Below are positions 56,347 to 64,000 of a DNA stretch of 64,000 nucleotides, one piece after another (within the stretch, counting starts at the first letter, position 1; each line of letters begins with the position of its first letter). This DNA comes from a bacterium (GTDB lineage: Bacteria > Armatimonadota > UBA5829): positions 27,109 through 91,108 of the forward strand of contig JAJFTD010000027.1 of assembly GCA_021373255.1 (NCBI GenBank). Reading direction: 5' to 3'. A program made the translations under genes and the position numbers. The notes below the pieces were generated by a model, which saw only the letters and a program-made list of their open reading frames with translations, was not told the DNA's origin and did not search any database.

Positions 56347-56778
56347 ATGTTAATCAGAGCCTTGATCTTTATTATAGGTTTGCTCATTACTGCATTAGGC
56401 GTAACCCAGATTTTCTTTACGTCGATGTGGATGCGCTACTTGCCGTCGTTGGTTTCTGTTCCGATGATTCGGAACTGGGGTATCGCTGCCCTGGTTGCTG
56501 GGGCACTACTGCTGATAGGCGCAATCGCGAATCTGGTCAGGCTACGGTGGTTTGTATTGTTCTTGGGAGCGCTGACGCTGGCCGGTGGCATTTTAATGGT
56601 AGTAAGGCCTGGCCTCTCGCATCATTTCATAGAGCAGTTCTTGCTGGACCGTTCACCGTCAGTGCAGCGTACGATATTGCGCGGCAGTGGAGTGCTGCGG
56701 GTTGTCATAGGAATTGCACTTATGTATGCCGCGGCAGCATTACCGCCGAGGCGCAACGGCGGGCGAATCTGGTCGTAA
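56347..56778 (+). CDS. Hypothetical small 4-TM membrane protein
   Basis: Hydrophobic segments only. No family recognised. Confidence 0.35.
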   Translation: MLIRALIFIIGLLITALGVTQIFFTSMWMRYLPSLVSVPMIRNWGIAALVAGALLLIGAIANLVRLRWFVLFLGALTLAGGILMVVRPGLSHHFIEQFLLDRSPSVQRTILRGSGVLRVVIGIALMYAAAALPPRRNGGRIWS

Positions 56779-56869
56779 CCCAGCCGGAACGGTTGAGCCG
56801 TTAGTGGCGTATGAATTACATGTCAGCTCATCATCCGTAAAACGGATTATCACTGGACGGGTCAGGTTT

Positions 56870-58645
56870 ATGAATCTTTACCGTATACTTCCCACAGCAC
56901 TACTGGCCGTATTGCTGCTTAGCTCACATCCTGTGCTTGCCGATACAGACAAGACATCAATTGCCACTGTTAAGGACGCGCGTCTGGACCAGAAACTCGA
57001 TTTTTCAGCCGATGGACAGCGTATCTCTGAAGTGTTTGCGCGCATCAGCCAGTCCACTGGTGTCACGCTGGCCGCCGGGCTCGATGCCAACGACTGGATG
57101 GTGCGAGACCGAAAGGTTATCCTGTATGTAAAAGCGATGCCCCTGCGTGACCTGATGCGAGAGGTTTCATCCTTGTTGCATTTCGAGTGGCGCGTGATGG
57201 GCGATGGTGACAAGCGTACCTACGGTTTGTGGCAGGATGATGCAAGCTATGCCGAGGAGCAATCCCTGCGCACCAGTGCGGAAGATGCGAAGACCAAGCA
57301 GTTCCGCGAGAAGCGTGAAGGCGTGCTCTCAGACATGGCGAGTGTGGTCGCTCTGAGCAAAGCTGATTCTGCTAAATTGGCTTCTAGCGACCCCTGGCGT
57401 TATGTGCTTGCCACCGATGCTCTTGGTAAGGATGTTGTCGCGTTTTTCAAGTCTTTTCCTGATGCCAGGAAAGGATTTGTCGATGGCAGTGAGGTAAGTT
57501 TCTCCGTTGCCACTCTTTCACCGGAGTTGCAAGGAGTGGTAAAGAGTATTGCTGAATCTTATGAATCTCTTTCGCGCCGCATCGGGGAGCAGGGGGATCA
57601 TTCGGAACTGCTTAGCAAGTTCGATAAACTTCAGATCATCATTAACCGCCACACCCTTAAAGATACCGCTGCGATGACCTCCGGGAGTATGCTTGGTGGG
57701 ATTAGTATCAGCAACGGTCAGGATACGCTGTTCGTCCCAATTTTCGATCCATCCAGTTCGATGGCTAAGGCATTAGGCCGGGCTATTGTGAACCTGCAGA
57801 CGGGGCTGTCCAAGGATGAAGTCGCCAATCGTCTTCAAAAAGACCTTGCGGAGGCTTCCACTGCTCCTTCCGCTGCGGCAAAAGACCCCGCGAGCACGAG
57901 CACAGACCCGGCAATAGCTACGCAGATAGCCCTGTTCAATACTGATACCATCGCGCCCCTGCCAACCGTCCTCAAGTCGCTTGCCGCAAAGACCGGCATG
58001 AACGTGATATCAGATTACTTCCCCAGCAAGCCCGCGACAATCACAGGCGGCGTAAAATCGTTGGGTAAACAGTTGGAGGTAATCCGTTCAGCATACGGGT
58101 CGACTTGTGAGAAGACAGGCAGGATTTTGAAGTTTAGGGACAAAGAATGGTTCAGCAAGCGCGCGTGGGAAATTCCACAGGTGTGGCTCGATTACTGGGC
58201 TGTCAGCGCCAAGCAGAACAATGGCCTGCCCATAAGTGACCTTGTGCAGATCGCAAAGCTCAGGGATGCGCAACTGGACAATGCCATAGCTACTAACCCT
58301 GTCCTTGTAGGAGCCGGAGCGGGTGAAGCTGTGAGAAATCGCGAGATACTGCGTTTCTACGGTTCTTTGACTTTCGATCAACAGAAACAAGCTGCCACAC
58401 AGCGCCTGTCTGTAAGTTCGCTTACGGATGACCAGTGGAAAGCACTCCAAAAAGCATTATCTACTAAGGGTGCGGCGTATGCTGCGGCTGAGAAGGGCAA
58501 TCAATTCATCCAGTATACGCAATCGGGCACGGATATGGTGGAGAACCACTTCGCCTACTATCCCGCTGATAACGAACCTGCTGTGGAGTTTAAAGTGAGC
58601 ACGGGCGGGGTCTACGGTCTTGCCGATATGAACACCAATAAGTAA
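56870..58645 (+). CDS. Hypothetical secreted protein (591 aa) with N-terminal secretin-N/STN-like repeats
   Basis: Signal peptide [24 protein letters not shown]. The segments [41 protein letters not shown] and [21 protein letters not shown] resemble STN/secretin-N type domains. Weak call. Confidence 0.4.
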   Translation: MNLYRILPTALLAVLLLSSHPVLADTDKTSIATVKDARLDQKLDFSADGQRISEVFARISQSTGVTLAAGLDANDWMVRDRKVILYVKAMPLRDLMREVSSLLHFEWRVMGDGDKRTYGLWQDDASYAEEQSLRTSAEDAKTKQFREKREGVLSDMASVVALSKADSAKLASSDPWRYVLATDALGKDVVAFFKSFPDARKGFVDGSEVSFSVATLSPELQGVVKSIAESYESLSRRIGEQGDHSELLSKFDKLQIIINRHTLKDTAAMTSGSMLGGISISNGQDTLFVPIFDPSSSMAKALGRAIVNLQTGLSKDEVANRLQKDLAEASTAPSAAAKDPASTSTDPAIATQIALFNTDTIAPLPTVLKSLAAKTGMNVISDYFPSKPATITGGVKSLGKQLEVIRSAYGSTCEKTGRILKFRDKEWFSKRAWEIPQVWLDYWAVSAKQNNGLPISDLVQIAKLRDAQLDNAIATNPVLVGAGAGEAVRNREILRFYGSLTFDQQKQAATQRLSVSSLTDDQWKALQKALSTKGAAYAAAEKGNQFIQYTQSGTDMVENHFAYYPADNEPAVEFKVSTGGVYGLADMNTNK

Positions 58646-58656
58646 CAGGCGCGCAG

Positions 58657-59847
58657 TTGCCTGAGCGGAGGGTGAAGGTGATCAATCGCGGGGTTTTAAT
58701 AGTGCTGGACTCCGTGGGCGCGGGTGCGCTGCCGGACGCTGACGAATATGGCGATGCCGGTTCAAACACGCTTTCGCACGTTGCAGATTCGGTTGGCGGT
58801 CTTCATCTACCCAATCTGGAGCAAATGGGCCTTGGCAACATCATCCAGATAGCCGGTGTGCCGCCGGCTGATCATCCAACTGCCTGTTACGGCAGAATGG
58901 CAGAAGTATCCAAAGGCAAAGACACCACCACTGGGCACTGGGAGATGATGGGCATCATAACCGAACACCCATTTCCCGTCTATCCGCACGGCTTTCCCGA
59001 TAATGTGATGGAGAAGTTCGAGTCCACCATCGGTCGCAAGACTCTGGGTAACAAAGCCGCATCCGGCACAGAGATTATCAAGGAACTCGGTGAAGAACAC
59101 ATTCGCACGGGATACCCTATAGTCTATACCAGCGCCGACAGCGTCTTCCAGATTGCGTGCCATGAAGATGTGATCCCCATTGACGAACTCTACCGCATGT
59201 GCCAAATCGCCCGCGAGATGCTGGTCCCCCCGCACAACGTCCAACGGGTCATTGCCCGGCCATTCACAGGCAGCCCCGGCAATTTCACTCGCACTGAACG
59301 CCGTCGCGACTTCGCACTTGAGCCCCCGGTCGAAACTCTGCTAGACACCATAGCTGTATGCTGCGGTGAGGTCATCGGCATCGGCAAGATTGAAGATGTA
59401 TACGCGGGCCGAGGAATCACATCAGCAATACACACAGGCAACAATAAAGAGGGCATCGCCGCCACTATTGCAGCGATCATTGGCGACGAGGGTAACCTGA
59501 TTTTCACTAACCTGGTGGATTTCGACATGCTCTACGGCCACAGAAACGACTCCCATGGTTACGCGGCTGCCCTGGAAGAGTTCGATGTAGCCCTGCCGGT
59601 GATACTGGATGTTCTTAAAAAGGAAGATTTACTAATTATTACTGCTGATCACGGCTGCGACCCCACTACCCAGAGTACCGACCATTCCCGCGAGTACGTG
59701 CCGCTGTTGGTCTACGGTAAAGATATATCTCAGGGAATTAATCTGGGCGTTCGCTCATGTTTTTGTGACATCGCTGCTACCCTCGCCCAAATCCTTGGCT
59801 ATTCCTACTCATTACCCGGCCATAGCTTCGCTGCAGACATTTCATGA
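58657..59847 (+). CDS. deoB: Phosphopentomutase
   Basis: [27 protein letters not shown]...TTGHWEMMG...DHGCDPTT. The possible true start is the GTG at 58678, which follows GGAGGG. Confidence 0.9.
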   Translation: MPERRVKVINRGVLIVLDSVGAGALPDADEYGDAGSNTLSHVADSVGGLHLPNLEQMGLGNIIQIAGVPPADHPTACYGRMAEVSKGKDTTTGHWEMMGIITEHPFPVYPHGFPDNVMEKFESTIGRKTLGNKAASGTEIIKELGEEHIRTGYPIVYTSADSVFQIACHEDVIPIDELYRMCQIAREMLVPPHNVQRVIARPFTGSPGNFTRTERRRDFALEPPVETLLDTIAVCCGEVIGIGKIEDVYAGRGITSAIHTGNNKEGIAATIAAIIGDEGNLIFTNLVDFDMLYGHRNDSHGYAAALEEFDVALPVILDVLKKEDLLIITADHGCDPTTQSTDHSREYVPLLVYGKDISQGINLGVRSCFCDIAATLAQILGYSYSLPGHSFAADIS

Positions 59848-59885
59848 TGGTTTCAGGTCTGTGACCCAAGTCCCACCTATTGCGA

Positions 59886-60107
59886 ATCTGCGATCCAATG
59901 TGACATAGTTGCTTCGGACTGCGAAGCTGCCGAAGCCGGCCTCGCAGAGGCCGAGAAGACCACGTTTCGTATAATTCACAGGCTTGGTTTATAACCGGTA
60001 CATTGTTTCGCCGCCTTCGGCGGCGGCTTCGGCAGCTCCGCTACGCTCCGCAGTCCGAAGCAACCTCAGTTTGTTCGCTAGCTTTCGACAACACTGATCT
60101 GCGATCC
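59886..60107. repeat. REP/MITE-like composite: two inverted copies of the roughly 33-nt element (59909-59941 and 60029-60063) flanked by 11-bp direct repeats ATCTGCGATCC (59886-59896 and 60097-60107)
   Basis: Left arm: TTGCTTCGGACTGCGAAGCTGCCGAAGCC. Right arm reverse complement: TTGCTTCGGACTGCGGAGCGTAGCGGAGCTGCCGAAGCC (carries a 10-nt internal duplication). Each arm is followed by a second GC-rich mini-hairpin. The direct repeats were read directly. Confidence 0.55.
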
Positions 60108-60342
60108 GCTCCCTTACACCTCCCCCTCTGTATACTTAGTGCTAGCTTGTCGACAGTATGGGCGCTTGGTTGACAAACCAGGGCTTGCATGTACGGTCGA
60201 CGTTATATTTTGTGCACCATGGGGTAAGCCCTCTAGGAACGTTTCCAAGTGAGATATTCGGAAATGGTCATCACCTGCATCACAGAGATACAGCGCACCT
60301 AACTATTGCAACGATGCAGCAATCGGGGGCGTAAGAGGCCAC

Positions 60343-62304
60343 ATGAAGAACAATGTTATAGGTATCCTCGCTAATATCAGGGCACGATTGTGCGTACCTG
60401 TGTTGATGACTGCAGACGCGGCAGCGTTGCTCGCGTCCATTGCACTGGTTCACATCTTGCGATTTGATAATATGCCGTGGGAAGCAATCTATAGACAATA
60501 CCTGCAGCCACACGCTCTGAGCGTGCCTGTTGTGGCAATTCTCTATATAACAATCTCAGCATCGTTCCGCCTCTACAGGTGCGCTTGGCGGTTTGCGAGC
60601 ATTGAGATGTTATGGGGTGTGGTGTGGGCCAACACAGTGGGCTTATTCGGGCTTATTGCAGTGCAAGTTTTGATGGATGGCTATGCGTTTCCATGGTCGG
60701 TGCTGGTGATGCTATGGTCTATTAACATTGTACTCGCCGGCGGCGTGAGGGTGTTCCTCAGGGTGCTCAGTATCGCGCAAAAGAGCGGGTGGGGGTCAAT
60801 CGTCTCCCTCGGAACAAAAGACAATGCCAAACGTGCCGTTATAATGGGCACGGGTATGGACGCTGTGCGCACGCTCAGAACTCTTCGTGAGGACCCCATG
60901 CTGAATTATGATGTCGTAGGTTTCCTCGATGATGATCCTAGAAAGAACGGAATGTATATCAGCAATGTGCAGGTGCTGGGGCCGCTGGACAAAGTAAAGC
61001 AGATGGTGGCTGATAAGTGCGTGGATGAGGTAATTGTTGCGCTTCCAGAGGTGGACCGCAGTGAGGTGCGCGAGTCTATTATGGCTTGCAGAAAGCACAA
61101 GGTTCCGGTTAAGTCTGTCCCTATTCTACGTGATGTACTCAGCAAGGCATCTACTACGCAGTTGGAGGAGTTTTCGGTGGAAGACCTGCTGCGTCGCGCG
61201 CCTGTGGATACTTCTGTAGCAGATATTGGCGGTTACATTACCAACAGCCGGGTTCTCATTACGGGTGCGGGAGGCTCTATTGGCTCTGAAATATGCAGGC
61301 AGGTCGCCTCACTCAATCCTGCGTCACTAATCTTGCTTGGCCACGGTGAGAACTCAATCCATTCAATATACCATGAGCTCTTGCGCACGTTCCCGCAGAT
61401 AGCGGACAAGATTCATTACGTCATAGCCACAACCGCGAACCAGCGCAGGATTAAGCAGGTGTTCAGGTATTACCGGCCTCAGGTGGTCTTCCATGCCGCC
61501 GCGCATAAGCACGTTCCGATGATGGAAACCAACGAGCAGGAAGCAGTCCTTAACAACGTGCTGGGGACATATAACGTGGCTGCAGCGAGTGGTGAGCACG
61601 GGGTAGAGCGGATCGTATTGATATCTACCGACAAGGCCGCCGACCCCTGCTGTGTAATGGGTGCAACTAAATGGCTTTGCGAAGAAGTATTCCGTGCAGC
61701 GGCAGTTGTGTGGAACAGCACAGCTTTTGTGACAGTCAGGTTCGGTAACGTGCTGGGGAGCAGAGGCAGCGTGGTGCCGTTGTTCAAGGAGCAGATCAGG
61801 CACGGAGGACCGGTTAAGGTCACGCACCCGGAGATGACGCGATTTTTCATGACGATACCGGAAGCCGTAAGACTTGTGCTTGAAGCCGGAGCGGTTGGCC
61901 GAACTGGTGAGCTTTACCTGTTGGATATGGGCAAGCCGGTTAAGATTCTGGACCTTGCACGAGATATGATCCGCCTGTGCGGGCTGGAACCTGATATAGA
62001 TATCGGCATTGAGTTCACAGGCGTGCGACCAGGCGAGAAGCTGCACGAGCGCCTGACATCATCACGTGAACAGATTGAGGCGAGCCCGTGGAAGGGCCTA
62101 TCCATAGTCCACAGACCTAACAATTTCTCGCCGGATCAGATACTGAACACCGTAAGCACCCTCGAAGAAGCAGTATCCTTCGGTAGTGATGCAAAGGTGC
62201 GCAGGCTGTTGGACGAGTTAACCCCGTCTGATGAGAAGCAAGCCCAAGTCTCTAGTCCCAGAGACTTGGAGAATGTGGAGACAGCATCCCGACAGGCGAT
62301 GTAG
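60343..62304 (+). CDS. Membrane-anchored CapD/WbpM/PglF-type nucleotide-sugar 4,6-dehydratase/epimerase (polysaccharide biosynthesis protein)
   Basis: N-terminal 4-TM domain, then a Rossmann motif VLITGAGGSIGSEICRQ, catalytic region HAAAHKHVPMME, and STDKA (the YxxxK-family SDR core). The length of 653 aa fits CapD. Confidence 0.85.
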   Translation: MKNNVIGILANIRARLCVPVLMTADAAALLASIALVHILRFDNMPWEAIYRQYLQPHALSVPVVAILYITISASFRLYRCAWRFASIEMLWGVVWANTVGLFGLIAVQVLMDGYAFPWSVLVMLWSINIVLAGGVRVFLRVLSIAQKSGWGSIVSLGTKDNAKRAVIMGTGMDAVRTLRTLREDPMLNYDVVGFLDDDPRKNGMYISNVQVLGPLDKVKQMVADKCVDEVIVALPEVDRSEVRESIMACRKHKVPVKSVPILRDVLSKASTTQLEEFSVEDLLRRAPVDTSVADIGGYITNSRVLITGAGGSIGSEICRQVASLNPASLILLGHGENSIHSIYHELLRTFPQIADKIHYVIATTANQRRIKQVFRYYRPQVVFHAAAHKHVPMMETNEQEAVLNNVLGTYNVAAASGEHGVERIVLISTDKAADPCCVMGATKWLCEEVFRAAAVVWNSTAFVTVRFGNVLGSRGSVVPLFKEQIRHGGPVKVTHPEMTRFFMTIPEAVRLVLEAGAVGRTGELYLLDMGKPVKILDLARDMIRLCGLEPDIDIGIEFTGVRPGEKLHERLTSSREQIEASPWKGLSIVHRPNNFSPDQILNTVSTLEEAVSFGSDAKVRRLLDELTPSDEKQAQVSSPRDLENVETASRQAM

Positions 62305-62518
62305 TGCCAAAGTGTGGGATTTATTGTTGAAAGATGCTTTTGCTAGTCGGAAAAAGTAAATAGTATGATGGAGTTCTAGTAACTACTGGTTTCATCCGCA
62401 CTCGACACAGGAGACGCATGACGCCCGACGCCTGACGCAAGACGCATGACACTCCCTTCCCCCAAGCGACATAGATCGTTATAATAGGGGTAGTTCGATC
62501 AATGAAGGTGTTATCATC

Positions 62519-63223
62519 ATGCGCAAGTGTGTAGCTGCTCTACCTGTTCTTATACTGGCAATTATCTACACTGTAGGTTGTGGAGGCGTTGAGCATCGCG
62601 CCGAAAACAAGATTGCAGAGGGCCTCAAGAATCGTATTGGACCGGCGAAGTCATACAAGGTTGATATATCCTCATCTCCGCTCAAACTGCTCAAGGGCAA
62701 GATGGACGCTCTGAACATCGTTGGGCAAGATGTACAACTAAAGAGTGGCATCCAAATTGCCAAGCTCAATGTCTCAATCAAGGATCTTAGATTCGATCCT
62801 GATACACAGCAGATCAAAAGTGCGTCTTCATGCACCTATTCGGCCAAAATCAACGAGGCTGAGCTGAACAAATATCTCACAAAGACCTACAACGACATTC
62901 CCAATTTGCAAGTGGCGCTTAATGATGGGTATGCTACAGTTACCGGCAAGCCGACCATTACCGGGCTGGGAGTGAACATAAAAGCCGACGCGGGTTTGAG
63001 CGTGCGCAATGGGAGCAAGGTAGTCCTTGAACTCAGGAGCATTTCAGCGGCAGGAGTTCCAGCGCCGGGGTTTGCACGGGAGTATATAGAATCTAAAGTA
63101 AATCCGGTTTTTGATGCCACCAGCCTCGGCTTCGATGCAACTATCGATGATATCGCTGTACGGCATAACAATGTGACCATCACAGGCATGCTGGATGTGG
63201 CAAAGGTAGGAGCTGGAGGCTAG
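62519..63223 (+). CDS. Lipoprotein, DUF2993/LmeA-like (putative lipid-binding)
   Basis: Lipobox ...IIYTVGC at the end of the signal peptide, followed by a beta-rich domain of about 210 aa. Family assignment is tentative. Confidence 0.4.
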   Translation: MRKCVAALPVLILAIIYTVGCGGVEHRAENKIAEGLKNRIGPAKSYKVDISSSPLKLLKGKMDALNIVGQDVQLKSGIQIAKLNVSIKDLRFDPDTQQIKSASSCTYSAKINEAELNKYLTKTYNDIPNLQVALNDGYATVTGKPTITGLGVNIKADAGLSVRNGSKVVLELRSISAAGVPAPGFAREYIESKVNPVFDATSLGFDATIDDIAVRHNNVTITGMLDVAKVGAGG

Positions 63224-63963
63224 CGGGTATGCTTAGCGGTTAGCTTCCTAAGGTAATTTGCGTCGCGCTTCAAGGACTCCAGCATAGAGCATTCGCAGAG
63301 ATGTTCACCTTTAAGGAATTCCGCTTCCACATAGCCGTCAAAGCTGTGTTGACTCAGCAGGGATAGCAGGTGATCGTAGTCCACCAGGCCGTCCTCAATC
63401 CAACACGTCTCCAGCTTGCCCGGCTGCACCGATGAGGGCTTGTAGTTTTGAGCGTGTACGTTTACTACATAATCACCAAGCATGCCGATGTAGCGATCTA
63501 GATCAGGCTCCAGGAAGTTCACAACCTGGAAGTTTACTTTAATGTTGGGCACGTTTGCTTGCTCTATAAGTCGCAGGACTCCTTCAGGAATCGAACACAG
63601 CGTGCCCGCGTGCATCTCCACTGCCAGGCTCATTCCCGCATACTCCGCCCTCAAAGCGAACTCGCGAATGCTCTTCACCACGAGGTCTCTAAACTCCGGG
63701 CTAGCTTCATAAGGCTCGCGGTTACCAGCCCATATCCGTATAACACGTGCACCGAGTATCTTCGCGATTTTGATCGCATCCGCAGACTTTTGCTCAAAAT
63801 CCGGCAAGCAAGGGCGAGCATATGAGCCCACCATTGGCACGGCAAGGTGATTGGAGCAAAGGCGCTCCCGGACCAGTTTGGTGTGGTATTCATCGAACTC
63901 ATCAGGCATATGAGGAGGCCTGGCAGATATCTCCACACCCATAAAACCAGTCTCAGCAGCCAA
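63220..63963 (-). CDS. Sugar phosphate isomerase/epimerase (xylose-isomerase-like TIM barrel). The N-terminus may extend beyond the window.
   Basis: VIRIWAGNREP...EYAGMSLAVEMHAGT...NFQVVNFLEPD are typical AP-endonuclease-2/xylose-isomerase-like TIM-barrel motifs. Confidence 0.65.
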   Translation of the reverse strand: MAAETGFMGVEISARPPHMPDEFDEYHTKLVRERLCSNHLAVPMVGSYARPCLPDFEQKSADAIKIAKILGARVIRIWAGNREPYEASPEFRDLVVKSIREFALRAEYAGMSLAVEMHAGTLCSIPEGVLRLIEQANVPNIKVNFQVVNFLEPDLDRYIGMLGDYVVNVHAQNYKPSSVQPGKLETCWIEDGLVDYDHLLSLLSQHSFDGYVEAEFLKGEHLCECSMLESLKRDANYLRKLTAKHTR

Positions 63964-64000
63964 GTCAAGCGCGTGGAAGATGTCGTATTTCCTGAGAGAG

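Overview
This 64 kb window looks like a mostly housekeeping stretch of a bacterial chromosome at roughly mid-50s % GC, with a few accessory patches. I found no CRISPR array and no prophage. The ORF-track coordinates often overshoot true starts, so I trimmed starts to RBS-supported positions where I could.

Genes I can support, in order along the window:
- secA followed by prfB on the minus strand; prfB carries its classic programmed +1 frameshift, which the ORF track missed.
- An orphan FecCD-type permease, a PEP-CTERM sorting-signal protein, and bioY.
- A GHL10-like glycoside hydrolase, then a small 8-cysteine protein overlapping endonuclease III (nth).
- A translationally coupled pair of M16 peptidases, rodA (SEDS family), an M24 peptidase, and aroQ.
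- A Wzm/Wzt-type ABC-2 polysaccharide exporter and a MacAB-like adaptor/permease/ATPase triplet.
- A STAS-domain protein, a SAM methyltransferase, a possible RseB-like protein, a BON-domain protein, and a GH94-like phosphorylase.
- A heat-shock locus with hsp20 and lon, preceded by an unusually structured 400-nt intergenic region.
- Two tandem PRTase-domain paralogs.
- A PAS/GAF histidine kinase with an ANTAR response regulator, an RsbW-like anti-sigma kinase, and a large TPR protein.
- rpoD and dnaG, a CE4 polysaccharide deacetylase, type III glutamine synthetase, a MATE transporter, and a heparinase II/III-like protein.
- galU and a four-tRNA operon (Val, Asp, Phe, Thr).
- An ASCH-domain protein, an IS remnant with an adjacent AT-rich islet, an aldo/keto reductase, a DapA-family protein, deoB, a CapD-like sugar dehydratase, a DUF2993-like lipoprotein, and a sugar-phosphate isomerase.

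Non-coding observations worth a second look:
- An identical 24-bp palindrome sits downstream of TAGAAT-type promoters for two unrelated genes, suggesting an unassigned regulon.
- A dense array of related hairpins and direct repeats lies immediately upstream of hsp20 and lon.
- A REP/MITE-like family of roughly 33-nt hairpins occurs at several loci, including an inverted pair flanked by 11-bp direct repeats.
- A roughly 350-bp degenerate IS with subterminal inverted repeats lies next to the tRNA cluster, with a low-GC hypothetical gene beside it.

All functional calls rest on motif and family recognition by eye, not on database searches.
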